A DNA stretch of 64,000 nt, from assembly GCA_963662615.2 (NCBI GenBank), contig CAXXSR010000002.1, positions 589,014 through 653,013 on the forward strand, in the 5' to 3' direction. Position 1 is the stretch's first letter, and every line of letters starts with the position of its first letter. Under the pieces are notes generated by a model. It was not told the DNA's origin, ran no database searches, and saw only the letters and a program-made list of their open reading frames with translations. Made by a program: the position numbers and the translations under genes. Shown piece by piece: positions 20,635 through 30,780 of the stretch. Source of the stretch: Dehalococcoidia bacterium (GTDB lineage Bacteria; Chloroflexota; Dehalococcoidia; Bin125).

Positions 20635-21198
20635 ATGGTGGTGCGGATGGTGGCTCTGCTGGTCGACGAGGCGGCTCGCCGCGACATCGATCTAGTGCGG
20701 GCCCTTTACGATCGCGAGGCCGTTGAGACCACGCCTCCGCACCTCCCTCTCGTCCCCGCCTTTGAGGAACGGATTGCCACCGGCGACCTGGCCGATCAGG
20801 TTGGTCTGATCGCCGCCGTCTACCAGCCCTTCGTGCTGACCCTGACGCGGCCCCAGCGCTTCTTCGACGGTGAAGAGCACCTGTTGCAACTGGTGACGGC
20901 CAAGGGCGCCGACGAAGCGCAGCGCCTCGCCGCCGCGCTCTATCGCGACGTCTTTCCCCATCACCAGCCCTCCGACCCCGCCGCGAGCCTTCTGCGGCGC
21001 TCCGCTCTCACCCTCGGCCGCTTCCGGACTGAACAAGAAGCTGAGAAGGCGGTGGAGCAATTAGGGGACAAGTCCTACTTCCTGGTGATGAGCCAAGTCG
21101 CCATCCTGGAAGAGGAGAAGCGAGAGGGGCGGTCGCGGGCCGGCTGGAGCGTCCAGCGCACGCTGCCGCTCGGAGCGATGGCCGGAGCCAGCCTGTAG
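20635..21198 (+). CDS. 2H-phosphoesterase/2'-5' RNA ligase-like protein with degenerate motifs
   Basis: RALYD...PPHLPLVPAF...PFVLTL; second site reads SALTLGR. Confidence 0.6.
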   Translation: MVVRMVALLVDEAARRDIDLVRALYDREAVETTPPHLPLVPAFEERIATGDLADQVGLIAAVYQPFVLTLTRPQRFFDGEEHLLQLVTAKGADEAQRLAAALYRDVFPHHQPSDPAASLLRRSALTLGRFRTEQEAEKAVEQLGDKSYFLVMSQVAILEEEKREGRSRAGWSVQRTLPLGAMAGASL

Positions 21199-21304
21199 TC
21201 GGGGCTGGCCCCTAACCGACGCTCCCGCCGCGCCTCTACGCCGCCGCGATGGGGCGGCGTAGAGGCGCGGCGTGGAGGGACGCTGCTCTCGGGGAAGCGA
21301 GCGC

Positions 21305-22276
21305 GTGGCTGAGATTCAGGAGCACGGCCGCCAAGAGGGCGACATCTTCACCGCCATCGGCGCAACGCCGCTGGTGGAGTTGACGCGGCTGCCGCGACCG
21401 CAGGGCATGCGCCTCTTCGCCAAGCTCGAAGGCGACAATCCCACCGGCAGCATCAAGGATCGCATCGTCTACCACATGCTCGCGCACGCCCGCGCCGAGG
21501 GGCGCCTCGCGCCCGGCCAGACGATCATCGAAGCCTCCACCGGCAACACCGGCATCGCTTTGGCCATGATGGCCCGTCGCTACGGCCACCCCGTCGAAGT
21601 GGTTCTGCTGCGCAACAGCTACCCGCCGATCACGCGCCTGCTGGCGATGTACGGCGCCACGCTGACCTGGGCTCCCGCCGAGGCCGGCGTCGCCGGCGCC
21701 ATTGCCGCCGCCGCCGAAAAGGCCAGGGCCGACGGCGCCTACTTCCTGGACCAGTTCCATGACCCCGTCAACTGCGACACGCATTACCAGACCACCGGTC
21801 CCGAGATCTGGCGGCAACTGCCGGAGGTGGACGTCTTCGTCGCCGGAATCGGCACCGGTGGCACCCTCTCCGGCGCCGGACGCTACCTCAAGGAGCGCAG
21901 GCCCGATCTCACGATCGTCGCAGCGGAAGCGCATCCCGCCAGCCAGGTGCAGGGGCTGGCCAGCTTTTCAGAAGGGTTCCTGCCGCCTCTTCTTGACTTC
22001 GCCCTGATGGACGCCAAGATCCTCGTGCGCAGCGTCGACGCGTTTCGCGCCGCGCGCGAACTGGTCGCCACCGAAGGCATCTTCGCCGGCGTCTCCAGTG
22101 GGGCGGTGCTGCACGCGGCCCGCACGTACGGCGAGCGAGCGCCGGCATCGGAGCCCGGCCGCCCCACGCACGTGGTCTGCATCTTCGCCGACGCCGGCTG
22201 GAAGTACCTGGACAGCCATCTCTGGACGCAGGATCCGGCTCCCCACGAGGACTTGGAAGGAACGCTGTGGTGGTGA
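21305..22276 (+). CDS. cysM: PLP-dependent cysteine synthase (CysM-type)
   Basis: IGATPLV, AKLEGDNPTGSIKDR, STGNTG, GIGTGGT, ADAGWKYL. Confidence 0.88.
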   Translation: MAEIQEHGRQEGDIFTAIGATPLVELTRLPRPQGMRLFAKLEGDNPTGSIKDRIVYHMLAHARAEGRLAPGQTIIEASTGNTGIALAMMARRYGHPVEVVLLRNSYPPITRLLAMYGATLTWAPAEAGVAGAIAAAAEKARADGAYFLDQFHDPVNCDTHYQTTGPEIWRQLPEVDVFVAGIGTGGTLSGAGRYLKERRPDLTIVAAEAHPASQVQGLASFSEGFLPPLLDFALMDAKILVRSVDAFRAARELVATEGIFAGVSSGAVLHAARTYGERAPASEPGRPTHVVCIFADAGWKYLDSHLWTQDPAPHEDLEGTLWW

Positions 22277-23451
22277 CGCGACTTCGTTCCGCCCTGGCTC
22301 TTGCCGTCGCTCTGCCCTTCCTTCTTGCCGCCTGCGACGGCGGCTCCCCGCCGCCGCCGGCCCCTGCCTTCGACGCCTCCGTCCTGGAGAGCGACTCCGT
22401 GCAGATCGGCGGCGCCTCGCTGCGTGAGAAGCGCGGCCTCTTTGGCCCAGACTTGAACTTCGTCGTCCGTCTCCCCGCGCAGTGGGACGGCCGCCTCCTG
22501 GTGGCCTTTCCTGGCTCTGCCGCGGACGCTGCCGCTGGCCCCGCCGCGAGCGCCCCGGCCGGCGCCTTCAACCTCGACGCCTTCAACCTCGACGCCTTCG
22601 CCGACGAGCGCGTTCGCGCCGGGACCGCCTACGCCTCCCTCGAGACCCCTGACGGCGCCGACGTCGCCTCCGTCTCCCTGGCGTTCGTGGCCTTCGCGCG
22701 TGACCAAGTCGTCGCCGAGTATGGCCGCCAAGCGGAGCGCACCTACCTCGTGGGCGTCTCGCTCGGTGGCGGCGGCGTGCAGCGGATGATCGAGGGCGAC
22801 GAGCCGCTCGTGGACGGAGCGCTGCTGGTCTCTCCTTGGGGTCGCGCCGACGTCCTGCGCGATTACCCGACACTGCTGCGCACTGTCGCTCTGCTTGAAC
22901 CTGCCTTCCCGCAGCTCAAGGCCGGCAGCCTTGCCCGAGTCCGCGCCGACGAGCTGGCCCTGGTGCAGGCGCTCTTCGCCGACGGGCTGCCGGTGGGCAG
23001 CGAACCATCCTGGCCCGCGCAGGTGGCCGTCTGGAGCGACGCCTTGCAAGCAAGCCTGGCAATGCTCGATCCCTCCTATGCGGCCGCCAATGCCGCGCTG
23101 GACCAGTACGACCTCGGCGCCCGGCCGGCAGCGGTGCAAGCGGCCGTCCATCAGGCTCTGCCCCCCGGCCGGCTGACCGCCCGTACCATCGTCTTGCAAG
23201 GCGGCTGGGATCTGCTCGCGCTGCCAAGCTGGTCGCAGCGATACGCGGAGCGAGCCGCGGAGGAAGATCGCGCCCTCGGCCTGGTCCGTTACGTCTTCCC
23301 CCAGGCGAACCATGCTCTCCTCGCCGACGGCGAGGCCGGCAACTTCCGTCAGGCGCGACTGCAGCGCGCCTGGGAGGTACTTCTTGGCTGGGTGGAGGAC
23401 CGCGTCTCCCCCGGGAGCATCCTTGGCCTGGCGCCGGACGGCGCCGCCTGA
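22273..23451 (+). CDS. predicted lipoprotein, alpha/beta hydrolase fold
   Basis: LLAAC lipobox; GVSLGG nucleophile elbow, GGWD, ANH; GTGA overlap with cysM. Confidence 0.7.
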   Translation: MTRLRSALALAVALPFLLAACDGGSPPPPAPAFDASVLESDSVQIGGASLREKRGLFGPDLNFVVRLPAQWDGRLLVAFPGSAADAAAGPAASAPAGAFNLDAFNLDAFADERVRAGTAYASLETPDGADVASVSLAFVAFARDQVVAEYGRQAERTYLVGVSLGGGGVQRMIEGDEPLVDGALLVSPWGRADVLRDYPTLLRTVALLEPAFPQLKAGSLARVRADELALVQALFADGLPVGSEPSWPAQVAVWSDALQASLAMLDPSYAAANAALDQYDLGARPAAVQAAVHQALPPGRLTARTIVLQGGWDLLALPSWSQRYAERAAEEDRALGLVRYVFPQANHALLADGEAGNFRQARLQRAWEVLLGWVEDRVSPGSILGLAPDGAA

Positions 23452-23526
23452 CACACAGCGCCGGACGGCGCCGCCTGACACACAGCGCCGGACGGCGCCG
23501 CCTGACACACAGCGCCGGACGGCGCC
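23431..23526. repeat. 27-bp tandem repeat x3.5 containing the upstream stop codon
   Basis: gcgccggacggcgccgcctgacacaca at 23431, 23458, 23485, partial copy at 23512. Confidence 0.95.
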
Positions 23527-23583
23527 CCCACACGCTAAGATCGCCGCGGATTGAAGCGACCGCGGCATTCGTGGGGACGGCCC

Positions 23584-24321
23584 ATGCCGGTAGTGACGAT
23601 CTCCAGCCAATTCGGCGCCGGCGCCCGCCACGTGGGCCGTCGCATCGCCGACCGCCTCCAGCTCCAGTACGTGGATCAGGCCGTGCTCGTGGATGCGGCC
23701 CGCCAGCTCGGCGTCAGCCTCACCAGCGTCGCCCGCCACGACGAGCGCACCGATTCATTCCGCGAGCGCCTCGGCCATTTCCTGCAGCGCGCGCTGGAGC
23801 GCTCCGCCACGGGCGGCAGCGTCGATCCGCTCATCGGCGCCGGCCACCTGGAGCTGCTCCTCGCCCAGAGCTTCCAGGAGGTCACGGAAGGGGCCACGCC
23901 GTCCCTGATCGACGATCGCGCCTACCTCGAAACCATCACGCACATCATCACCGATCTCGGCGCCCGCGGTGACGTCGTCATCATCGGACGCGGCGGCCAG
24001 ATGATCCTCCGCGATCATCCCCATACCGCCCACGTCCAGCTCGTCGCGGATGAGGACCTCCGCCTGCAACGGTTCAAGCAGTGGGAAGGGCTAGCCGATG
24101 ATGACGTGGCCCGCCGGCGCATGCGCGACTTCAATCGCAGTCGCACCGCCTTCCACAAGAAGTTCTGGAAGGTCGACGTCTGGGATCCCCGGCTTTACGA
24201 CCTGGTCATCAACACGACGCGTTTGACCTTTGACGAAGCGGTCGAGATCGCCGTGCCGGCCGTGAAGGCCGCGACCGCCAGCGACCGCACTGCCCCCACC
24301 TCCCCCACCGCCGAGGCCTGA
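23584..24321 (+). CDS. cytidylate kinase-like family protein
   Basis: VVTISSQFGAGAR, VVIIGRGGQMIL, YDLVINT. Confidence 0.88.
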   Translation: MPVVTISSQFGAGARHVGRRIADRLQLQYVDQAVLVDAARQLGVSLTSVARHDERTDSFRERLGHFLQRALERSATGGSVDPLIGAGHLELLLAQSFQEVTEGATPSLIDDRAYLETITHIITDLGARGDVVIIGRGGQMILRDHPHTAHVQLVADEDLRLQRFKQWEGLADDDVARRRMRDFNRSRTAFHKKFWKVDVWDPRLYDLVINTTRLTFDEAVEIAVPAVKAATASDRTAPTSPTAEA

Positions 24322-24337
24322 TCTGTTCGGGAGACCG

Positions 24338-24622
24338 CTACCCGGCCGCGCCCAGCAATGCTCGCAGTAGCTCCACCCCGCGCTCAACGCGCACCAGCAT
24401 GCCGTGCTCCCCAGTCACCTGCATCCCCTCCGACTCCGTGGCGGTGAACGGCCCCACGGCCGCCCGGAAGTCCTGGCGCGCCCGGCTCTCGGATCCCGTC
24501 AGGTCGGCCACGAGCTCGTCCGTCTCGTCGCGCCAACGCAGGTACTCGTCGGTGGCCGGACCCATGCCGCGCAGGCGCACGCCTCGGGCGATGCAGAGCC
24601 GGATCGATTCTTCGCGGTCCAT
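24338..24622 (-). CDS. hypothetical protein
   Basis: 94-aa helical-looking ORF co-oriented with rimI. Confidence 0.6.
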   Translation of the reverse strand: MDREESIRLCIARGVRLRGMGPATDEYLRWRDETDELVADLTGSESRARQDFRAAVGPFTATESEGMQVTGEHGMLVRVERGVELLRALLGAAG

Positions 24623-24748
24623 CGCCGTAGGAGTATGGGAGGCCGCCCCTCCCCCCGCAAGCGCGCGCCCGTGCCTCCCCCCGCGGCTCTTCCCTCGACC
24701 TCAGCCCACAGCGCCTTCAGCCGAGCGCGCCCTCAGCCCACAGCGCCC

Positions 24749-25303
24749 TCAGCCCACAGCAACCGTTACCGACAGACCGTGCCGACTCCGGTGCTGGGCG
24801 CGCAGGCGCTCAACGCTCGCACGGTAGTCCGGCCCTGAGATGTCGTGCGCGGTGAGGATGATCGCGTCCTCGTTCGTGTCGCGGTAGTACCGCCGCCGCC
24901 GCCCTACCTGGCGGAACTGGTACTTGCGGTAGAGCGCTTGGGCTGCGGCGTTCGACTCCCGGCATTCCAGCGTGACGCTGTCGGCGCCCGTCTCGTAGCC
25001 CACGTCCAGCGCGTGCTGGACCAGCGCCTCTCCCAGCCCCCCGCGCTGGTCCTCCGGATCGACCGCCACCGTGACGATGTGCAATTCGCCGGGCAGGACC
25101 CAGCAGCCCAAATAGGCGGCCAGGGGGCGCCCTCCCCCGGGATCCAGGACGAAGTAGCGGGCCACCCGGTTGGTCTGCAGCTCGCGCACGAACGCGCGCT
25201 CCGGCCACGCGCCCTGGCCAAAGGCGCGCTTGTCAATCTCCCCCACCCGCGCCACGTCAATGGCGGTCATGGGGCGGATGGCAATGCCCCTGCCCGCGCT
25301 CAT
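24749..25303 (-). CDS. rimI: ribosomal protein S18 alanine N-acetyltransferase
   Basis: ELHIVTVAVDP..GGLG, LECRESNAAAQALYRKY, RRRYYRDTNEDAII. Confidence 0.9.
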   Translation of the reverse strand: MSAGRGIAIRPMTAIDVARVGEIDKRAFGQGAWPERAFVRELQTNRVARYFVLDPGGGRPLAAYLGCWVLPGELHIVTVAVDPEDQRGGLGEALVQHALDVGYETGADSVTLECRESNAAAQALYRKYQFRQVGRRRRYYRDTNEDAIILTAHDISGPDYRASVERLRAQHRSRHGLSVTVAVG

Positions 25304-25423
25304 CTCCCTCCGCTCCCCCTCCGGATTCCCTGCGGCCTAAGCCCCGTCAGTGTACCCACGAGCACGGTGTCGCCGTTGTCGGCCCCGTATACTCCTGACA
25401 CACGAATACATAGCGCGGGCGGA

Positions 25424-27280
25424 ATTGCCGTTCCTACCAGTCACCATGCCCAGGGGGGCGCTGAGACGCATCCCGGCCTGGGCCATTCACTCAAGGTCGT
25501 CTGGCGACTCCTCCGCTTTGCTAGGCCGTACTGGCGAGGGCTGGCGGTCACGCTGATCGCCCTGCTGGCGACCGGCGCCTTCGCCATCGCCGCGCCCCTC
25601 CTGCTGCAATGGGCTATCGACACCGGCCTCGGCTTCGAGGTCGATGGCAGCCGCATCAGCGTCAACGTGGACGAGACGCTGCTGGTCGTGGCGGGGCTGG
25701 CCCTGATCGGTGCCGCCCTCTTTCGCGGCCTCTTCCAGTTCCTGCAGGCCTATCTCGCCGAGTGGGTCGCCCAGGCCGTCGCCTACGACATCCGCAACCA
25801 AATCTACGCGCGGCTTCAGACCCTCTCCTTCTCCTATCACGACGAAGCCGAGACCGGCCAGTTGATGGTGCGCGCCACGCAGGACGTGGAGGTTGTGCGC
25901 ATGTTCCTCAACTTCGGCGGTGTCCGCTTGCTCTTCACCCTCAGCCTGATCATCGCGGTCTTGATCCTCACCCTGTTGACCAGCTGGCAGGTGGCGCTGG
26001 TGGTCTGGGCCTTCATGGCGCTGATCGGCGCCCGTTCGTTCTGGATCTCTCGGCAGTTGCGCCTCGTCTGGACCGATATTCAGGAGGGCCAGGCCCGCCT
26101 CGGCACCATCCTCCAGGAGGCGCTCAGCGGCATTCGCGTGGTCAAGGCCTTCGGGCGCGAAGCGGGGGAGAGCGGCAAGTTCCGCACGGCGGCGGGCTGG
26201 CTGCAGGAGCGCTCCTACCGGGCCAGCTTTATCCAGGCGGTCAACACCCCTCTGATGACGGGGCTCTGGACGGCCGCGCTCATCGCCACCGTTTGGATCG
26301 GCGGCATCCAGGTCGCCCAGGGCGACATGACCGCCGGGGAGCTGGCCAAGTTCCTCTTCTTCATCACCCTTTTGCAGATGCCCGTCCGCAGTCTGGGCTG
26401 GATGGTCACCATGGTCCCCCGCGCGGCGACCGCCGGCGAGCGCATCTTCGAGATCCTGGACCAGGAGTCGGAGGTGCAGGAGCGCCCTGGCGCCCACGAC
26501 CCCACCAGCTCGCGCGGCCACATTCGTTTCGAGCGCGTCTCCTTCGCCTACGACGGGCGCGCGCCCGTGCTGGACGCCGTCGATTTCGATGCGCAGCCCG
26601 GACAGGTAGTGGCGTTGCTCGGCCCCACCGGTTCGGGCAAGAGCACCCTGGTCAATCTCATCGCGCGTTTTTACGACGTCAGCGCCGGCCGCGTCCTCCT
26701 GGACGGCGAGGACATTCGCGACCTGACGTTGGAGGGGCTGCGTCGCCAGGTCGCCGTCGTCCAGCAGGACGTCTTTCTCTTCTCGGCCACGCTGCGCGAC
26801 AACATCGCCTATGGCCGGCCGGACGCGACCGCCGAGGAAGTGGAAGCGGCGGCCCAGCTGGCCCGCATTCACGATTACATCGTCGCGCAGCCGGACGGCT
26901 ACGACAGTTGGGTGGGCGAGCGCGGCATGACGCTCTCGGGTGGGCAGAAGCAACGCGTCGCCATTGCCCGGGCCCTGTTGAAAGACCCCCGCGTCCTGAT
27001 CCTGGACGACTCCACCTCCAGCGTCGACACGCGCACTGAGTACGAGATCCAGCAGGCCCTGGCCGCGCTCATGGCCGGCCGCACGACCTTCATCATCGCG
27101 CATCGCTTGCGCAGCCTCCGCGACGCCGACCTCATCCTCGTTCTCCAGGACGGGCGTATCGTCCAGCGTGGCCGCCACAGCGATCTACTCGCCCAAGGAG
27201 GTCTCTACCGCCGCGTCTATGACCTGGGCCTGGGCGAGCAAGAGCGGGCCTACAGCCAGATCGCCGGAGGGTCCGCCTGA
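25424..27280 (+). CDS. ABC exporter subunit 1 (TMD+NBD); start uncertain
   Basis: GPTGSGKS, LSGGQKQR, degenerate Walker B LDDSTSS. Confidence 0.92.
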   Translation: MAVPTSHHAQGGAETHPGLGHSLKVVWRLLRFARPYWRGLAVTLIALLATGAFAIAAPLLLQWAIDTGLGFEVDGSRISVNVDETLLVVAGLALIGAALFRGLFQFLQAYLAEWVAQAVAYDIRNQIYARLQTLSFSYHDEAETGQLMVRATQDVEVVRMFLNFGGVRLLFTLSLIIAVLILTLLTSWQVALVVWAFMALIGARSFWISRQLRLVWTDIQEGQARLGTILQEALSGIRVVKAFGREAGESGKFRTAAGWLQERSYRASFIQAVNTPLMTGLWTAALIATVWIGGIQVAQGDMTAGELAKFLFFITLLQMPVRSLGWMVTMVPRAATAGERIFEILDQESEVQERPGAHDPTSSRGHIRFERVSFAYDGRAPVLDAVDFDAQPGQVVALLGPTGSGKSTLVNLIARFYDVSAGRVLLDGEDIRDLTLEGLRRQVAVVQQDVFLFSATLRDNIAYGRPDATAEEVEAAAQLARIHDYIVAQPDGYDSWVGERGMTLSGGQKQRVAIARALLKDPRVLILDDSTSSVDTRTEYEIQQALAALMAGRTTFIIAHRLRSLRDADLILVLQDGRIVQRGRHSDLLAQGGLYRRVYDLGLGEQERAYSQIAGGSA

Positions 27281-29277
27281 TGGGCATGTGGGGCACGGGC
27301 ACGGCCGGCGGCTGGTCCACCAACATTGGCGGCCAAGGGTTCGGGCACCGCGGCCACTGGGCCTCTCCCGTCGCGCGCGGCGACGGCTGGGAAGAGTACG
27401 GCTCGCTCTACAACCCCGCCATCATCCGTCGCCTGGCCACGTACCTGGGGCCCCACAAGGGCTATGCCTCGATCGCCCTGATCGCGATGGTGGTCTTCGC
27501 CGCCGCCTCCTACAGCCAGCCGCTGCTGATCACCTTCGCCATCCGCGACTTCATTACGGAGGGCGCTCTGGCCGGGCTCAAGTGGCTCATGATCGCCTTC
27601 ATTGGCGTCGCCGCGGTCGCTTGGGCCGCCGAGTTCGTGCGCCAGTGGGCCACGGCCAAGGTGGGCCACGCCATCCTCTTCCGCCTCCGCACCGATCTCT
27701 TCAAGCACATGCTCTCGCTCTCCCAGAGCTTCTACGACGACGCCCAGGTGGGCCGCGTCATGTCGCGCGTCACCTCGGACGTCCAGGTGCTGCAGGAGCT
27801 GCTCACCACCGGCCTCCTCACCGTCATCGCCGACCTCGTGGGCTTGAGCATCGTCATCCTGGCCATGCTGTTCTTGGAGTGGCAGCTCGCCCTGACCACC
27901 TTCACCGTCCTGCCCGTGCTGCTGATCATCATGCTCGTCTGGAGCCGCTTCGCCCGCCGCGCCTTCCTCGACGTTCGAGCGGCCATCGCGGCCGTCAACG
28001 GCACGCTGAACGAGGACCTCAACGGCGTGCGGGTGGTCCAGGGCCTCAACCGCGAAGGCGAGAACGCAAGGCGTTTCGACAGCATCAACGCCTGGAACCT
28101 GCGCGCCACCCGCCGCGCCGGCCTGCTCTCCGCCTCCGTCATTCCCGTGGTGGAAGTGCTCACGGCCACTGCCACGGCGGCGGTGATCATCGTCGCCGGC
28201 GTCCGCCTCGCCAACGGCAGCTTGGATCCCGCCGTGGGCATCGCCGCCGTCGTCGGCTTCGCCCTCTACATCCAGCGCTTCTTCGATCCCGTCCGCGATC
28301 TCGTCTTGCAGTACACCATGTTCCAGCGCGCGATGGCCGGCGCCCAGCGCATCTTCGAGGTGCTCGATACCAAGCCGGCGATCGTCGACCGGCCATCCGC
28401 ACTCTCGCTCCCGGACATCCAGGGCGAGATCGAATTCGACCACGTCTCGCTGGAGTACGTGCCCAACCTGCCCGCCCTGCGGGACATCAGCCTGCGTGTC
28501 CGGCCGGGGGAGACGGTGGCCCTGGTGGGCGAGACAGGCGCCGGCAAGACTTCCCTCGCCGCGCTGATCAGCCGCGGCTATGACGTGACCGAGGGCGCCG
28601 TCCGCGTCGACGGGCATGACGTCCGCGACGTCGCGCGCCACTCGCTGGTCCGGCGCATCGGAGTGGTGCTGCAGGACCCCTTCCTCTTCTCCGGCTCCGT
28701 GCTGGACAACATCCGCTACGGCCGGCCCGACGCTACCCGTGCCGACGCCGAGAGCGCGGCCCAGATCGTCGGCGCCCATCACTGGATCATGCGCCTGCCC
28801 GACGGCTACGACGCCCACCTCAGCGAGCGCGGGCAGAACCTCTCCGTGGGCCAGCGGCAGCTGCTCGCCTTTGCCCGCGCCATCGTCGCCGAGCCGCGCA
28901 TCCTCATCCTGGACGAGGCGACCGCCAACGTGGATTCGCAGACGGAAGCGCTCATTCAGGAGGCGATTCGCCGCGTCCTGCGCGGCCGCACCGCCATCGT
29001 CATCGCCCACCGCCTCAGCACCATCCGCTCGGTCGATCGCATCATCGTGATGCACGAAGGCCGCATCGCCGAGCAGGGCACGCATGACGAGCTGCTCAGC
29101 GGCAACGGCATCTACGCCGACCTCTACCGCATGACCTACGCCCGCCAGGAGACGAGGCGCTTCGACGAGGAGGGCGCGTTGGCGATCCTCAACGGACTGT
29201 GGGAGCGAACCCGCGCCGCGGACCGCCACCCCGTCTTCGGCGATGCCGTCACGCCCTCGCCGCCTCCGCCCGCCTAG
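27280..29277 (+). CDS. ABC exporter subunit 2 (TMD+NBD)
   Basis: GETGAGKT, LSVGQRQ, LDEATAN; TGATG coupling to subunit 1. Confidence 0.94.
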   Translation: MGMWGTGTAGGWSTNIGGQGFGHRGHWASPVARGDGWEEYGSLYNPAIIRRLATYLGPHKGYASIALIAMVVFAAASYSQPLLITFAIRDFITEGALAGLKWLMIAFIGVAAVAWAAEFVRQWATAKVGHAILFRLRTDLFKHMLSLSQSFYDDAQVGRVMSRVTSDVQVLQELLTTGLLTVIADLVGLSIVILAMLFLEWQLALTTFTVLPVLLIIMLVWSRFARRAFLDVRAAIAAVNGTLNEDLNGVRVVQGLNREGENARRFDSINAWNLRATRRAGLLSASVIPVVEVLTATATAAVIIVAGVRLANGSLDPAVGIAAVVGFALYIQRFFDPVRDLVLQYTMFQRAMAGAQRIFEVLDTKPAIVDRPSALSLPDIQGEIEFDHVSLEYVPNLPALRDISLRVRPGETVALVGETGAGKTSLAALISRGYDVTEGAVRVDGHDVRDVARHSLVRRIGVVLQDPFLFSGSVLDNIRYGRPDATRADAESAAQIVGAHHWIMRLPDGYDAHLSERGQNLSVGQRQLLAFARAIVAEPRILILDEATANVDSQTEALIQEAIRRVLRGRTAIVIAHRLSTIRSVDRIIVMHEGRIAEQGTHDELLSGNGIYADLYRMTYARQETRRFDEEGALAILNGLWERTRAADRHPVFGDAVTPSPPPPA

Positions 29278-29312
29278 CCGCGCGCTCTCATCGCCGCGCC
29301 GCCGCCGCCGAC

Positions 29313-30431
29313 CTACGACTCTGTCTCGTGCGCGCCCCGATCGCGGGCCGCCGCGTCCTGGAACAGCGACGCCTGCTGCGACGCGGAAATCAGCGGCGCA
29401 GGCGCCTCCAGCCCCAGGTGTTCGTAAGCGGCGCGGGTCGCCACGCGTCCCCGCGGGGTGCGCCGGATGAAGCCCAGCTGTAAGAGGAAGGGCTCGTACA
29501 CGTCCATGATCGTGTCGGGCTCCTCCGCGATCGACGCTGCCAGCGTGTCCAATCCCACCGGCCCGCCCTCGAACCGCTCGATCAACGCCCGCAACAGCTC
29601 CCGATCACGATCGTCCAGCCCCGCCGCGTCGATTTGCAGCTGTGCCAGCGCCGCATCCGCCACCGCGCCGTTGATCGCGCCGTCGGCGCGGACCTCCGCG
29701 TAGTCCCGCACCCGCCGCAGCAGTCGGTTGGCAACGCGCGGCGTTCCCCGCGCGCGGCTTCCCAGCGTCGTTGCTCCCTCGGCGTCGATCACCACGCCGA
29801 GCCTGCCGGCGTTGGTGTGGACCAGCCCCACGAGCTCGTCCGCCGCGTAGAAGTCGAGCCGCTCCACCAGGCCGAAGCGATCCCGCAACGGCGAGCTCAA
29901 CATGGCGTAGCGCGTGGTCGCCCCGATTAGCGTGAACGGCTTGATCGCCAGGCGCACGCTGCGCGCCCCCGGCCCCTTGCCGATCATCACCTCCATGGCG
30001 TAATCCTCCATAGCGGGATAGAGGATCTCCTCAACGCCACGCGGCAGCCGGTGAATCTCGTCAATGAAGAGCACGTCATGCTCTTGCAACGTGGTGAGGA
30101 TGCCCGCCAGGTCGCCCGGCCTGGCGATCGCCGGGCCCGACGACGTCCGCAGGCTCACCCCCATCTCCGCCGCTACGATGCGCGCCAGCGTCGTCTTGCC
30201 CAATCCGGGCGGGCCGTAAAAGAGGACGTGGTCCAGGGGCTCGTCCCGCCCCCGCGCGGCGGTGATGGCGATCGCCAGCGAATCCTTGAGCGCCGCCTGC
30301 CCTACGAACTCGCTCAGCTGCCGCGGCCGCAGCGACCGCTCCATCACCTCGTCGGCTGGATCGAGGTCAGGCGCCGTCAGACGGCCGCCAATCGCCGCGT
30401 CGCTGTTGCTGGGAGGGCTGCTCTGCGTCAT
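29313..30431 (-). CDS. ruvB: Holliday junction branch migration helicase RuvB
   Basis: [46 protein letters not shown]. Confidence 0.97.
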   Translation of the reverse strand: MTQSSPPSNSDAAIGGRLTAPDLDPADEVMERSLRPRQLSEFVGQAALKDSLAIAITAARGRDEPLDHVLFYGPPGLGKTTLARIVAAEMGVSLRTSSGPAIARPGDLAGILTTLQEHDVLFIDEIHRLPRGVEEILYPAMEDYAMEVMIGKGPGARSVRLAIKPFTLIGATTRYAMLSSPLRDRFGLVERLDFYAADELVGLVHTNAGRLGVVIDAEGATTLGSRARGTPRVANRLLRRVRDYAEVRADGAINGAVADAALAQLQIDAAGLDDRDRELLRALIERFEGGPVGLDTLAASIAEEPDTIMDVYEPFLLQLGFIRRTPRGRVATRAAYEHLGLEAPAPLISASQQASLFQDAAARDRGAHETES

Positions 30432-30494
30432 CCGGCCGCTCGCGCGCCTCGCCTGACCGGCCTGGACACGGCCGGCCACCCCGTCACTATACAC

Positions 30495-30506
30495 GCACAC
30501 GTGTTC
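30495..30506 (-). promoter_or_regulatory. putative LexA box beside the ruvB -10
   Basis: GAAC-ACGT-GTGC on the minus strand, next to TATAGT (30486-30491). Confidence 0.65.
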
Positions 30507-30686
30507 TGGTTGGCGCGGCCTCTTCGCGCTCCCCGCGGGTCCGCCGACCCAATGACCGCGAGCCCATCGCAACCCGCCGCCATGGTGATCCCCAGACTCA
30601 CAGAGGGACGCGCGCCGCGATCGACTGCACGCCGCTCCTGGGCGCGCGGATTCGCGACTCTCCTCACCTCCGTCGTCTTCCGCATA

Positions 30687-30698
30687 AAACATCTGTTC
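30687..30698 (-). promoter_or_regulatory. second putative LexA box
   Basis: GAAC-AGAT-GTTT on the minus strand, preceded by TC. Confidence 0.6.
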
Positions 30699-30738
30699 GA
30701 CATCTACGCCAGCGTGTTACGCTCGCGTTGCTGACGGC

Positions 30739-30780
30739 ATGTTGGCCGTATGTTGGCCGTATGTTGGCCGTATGTTGACC
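30739..30780. repeat. 11-bp tandem repeat x~3.8 upstream of thyX
   Basis: atgttggccgt repeated. Confidence 0.93.

Noticed and set aside
23431-23526. 27-bp repeats as a mini CRISPR array
   Set aside because: Units are contiguous with no unique spacers, and there are no cas genes
24845-25423. Long N-terminal extensions in the ORF track (ABC, ruvB, tetR, RDD, dnaJ, enoyl-CoA hydratase)
   Set aside because: They overlap neighbouring genes or promoters; family homology starts later
25487-29229. Long antisense ORFs (also 665-1906, 21883-23739, 37584-39350, 53135-55294)
   Set aside because: Shadow frames of real genes in high-GC DNA with no family motifs
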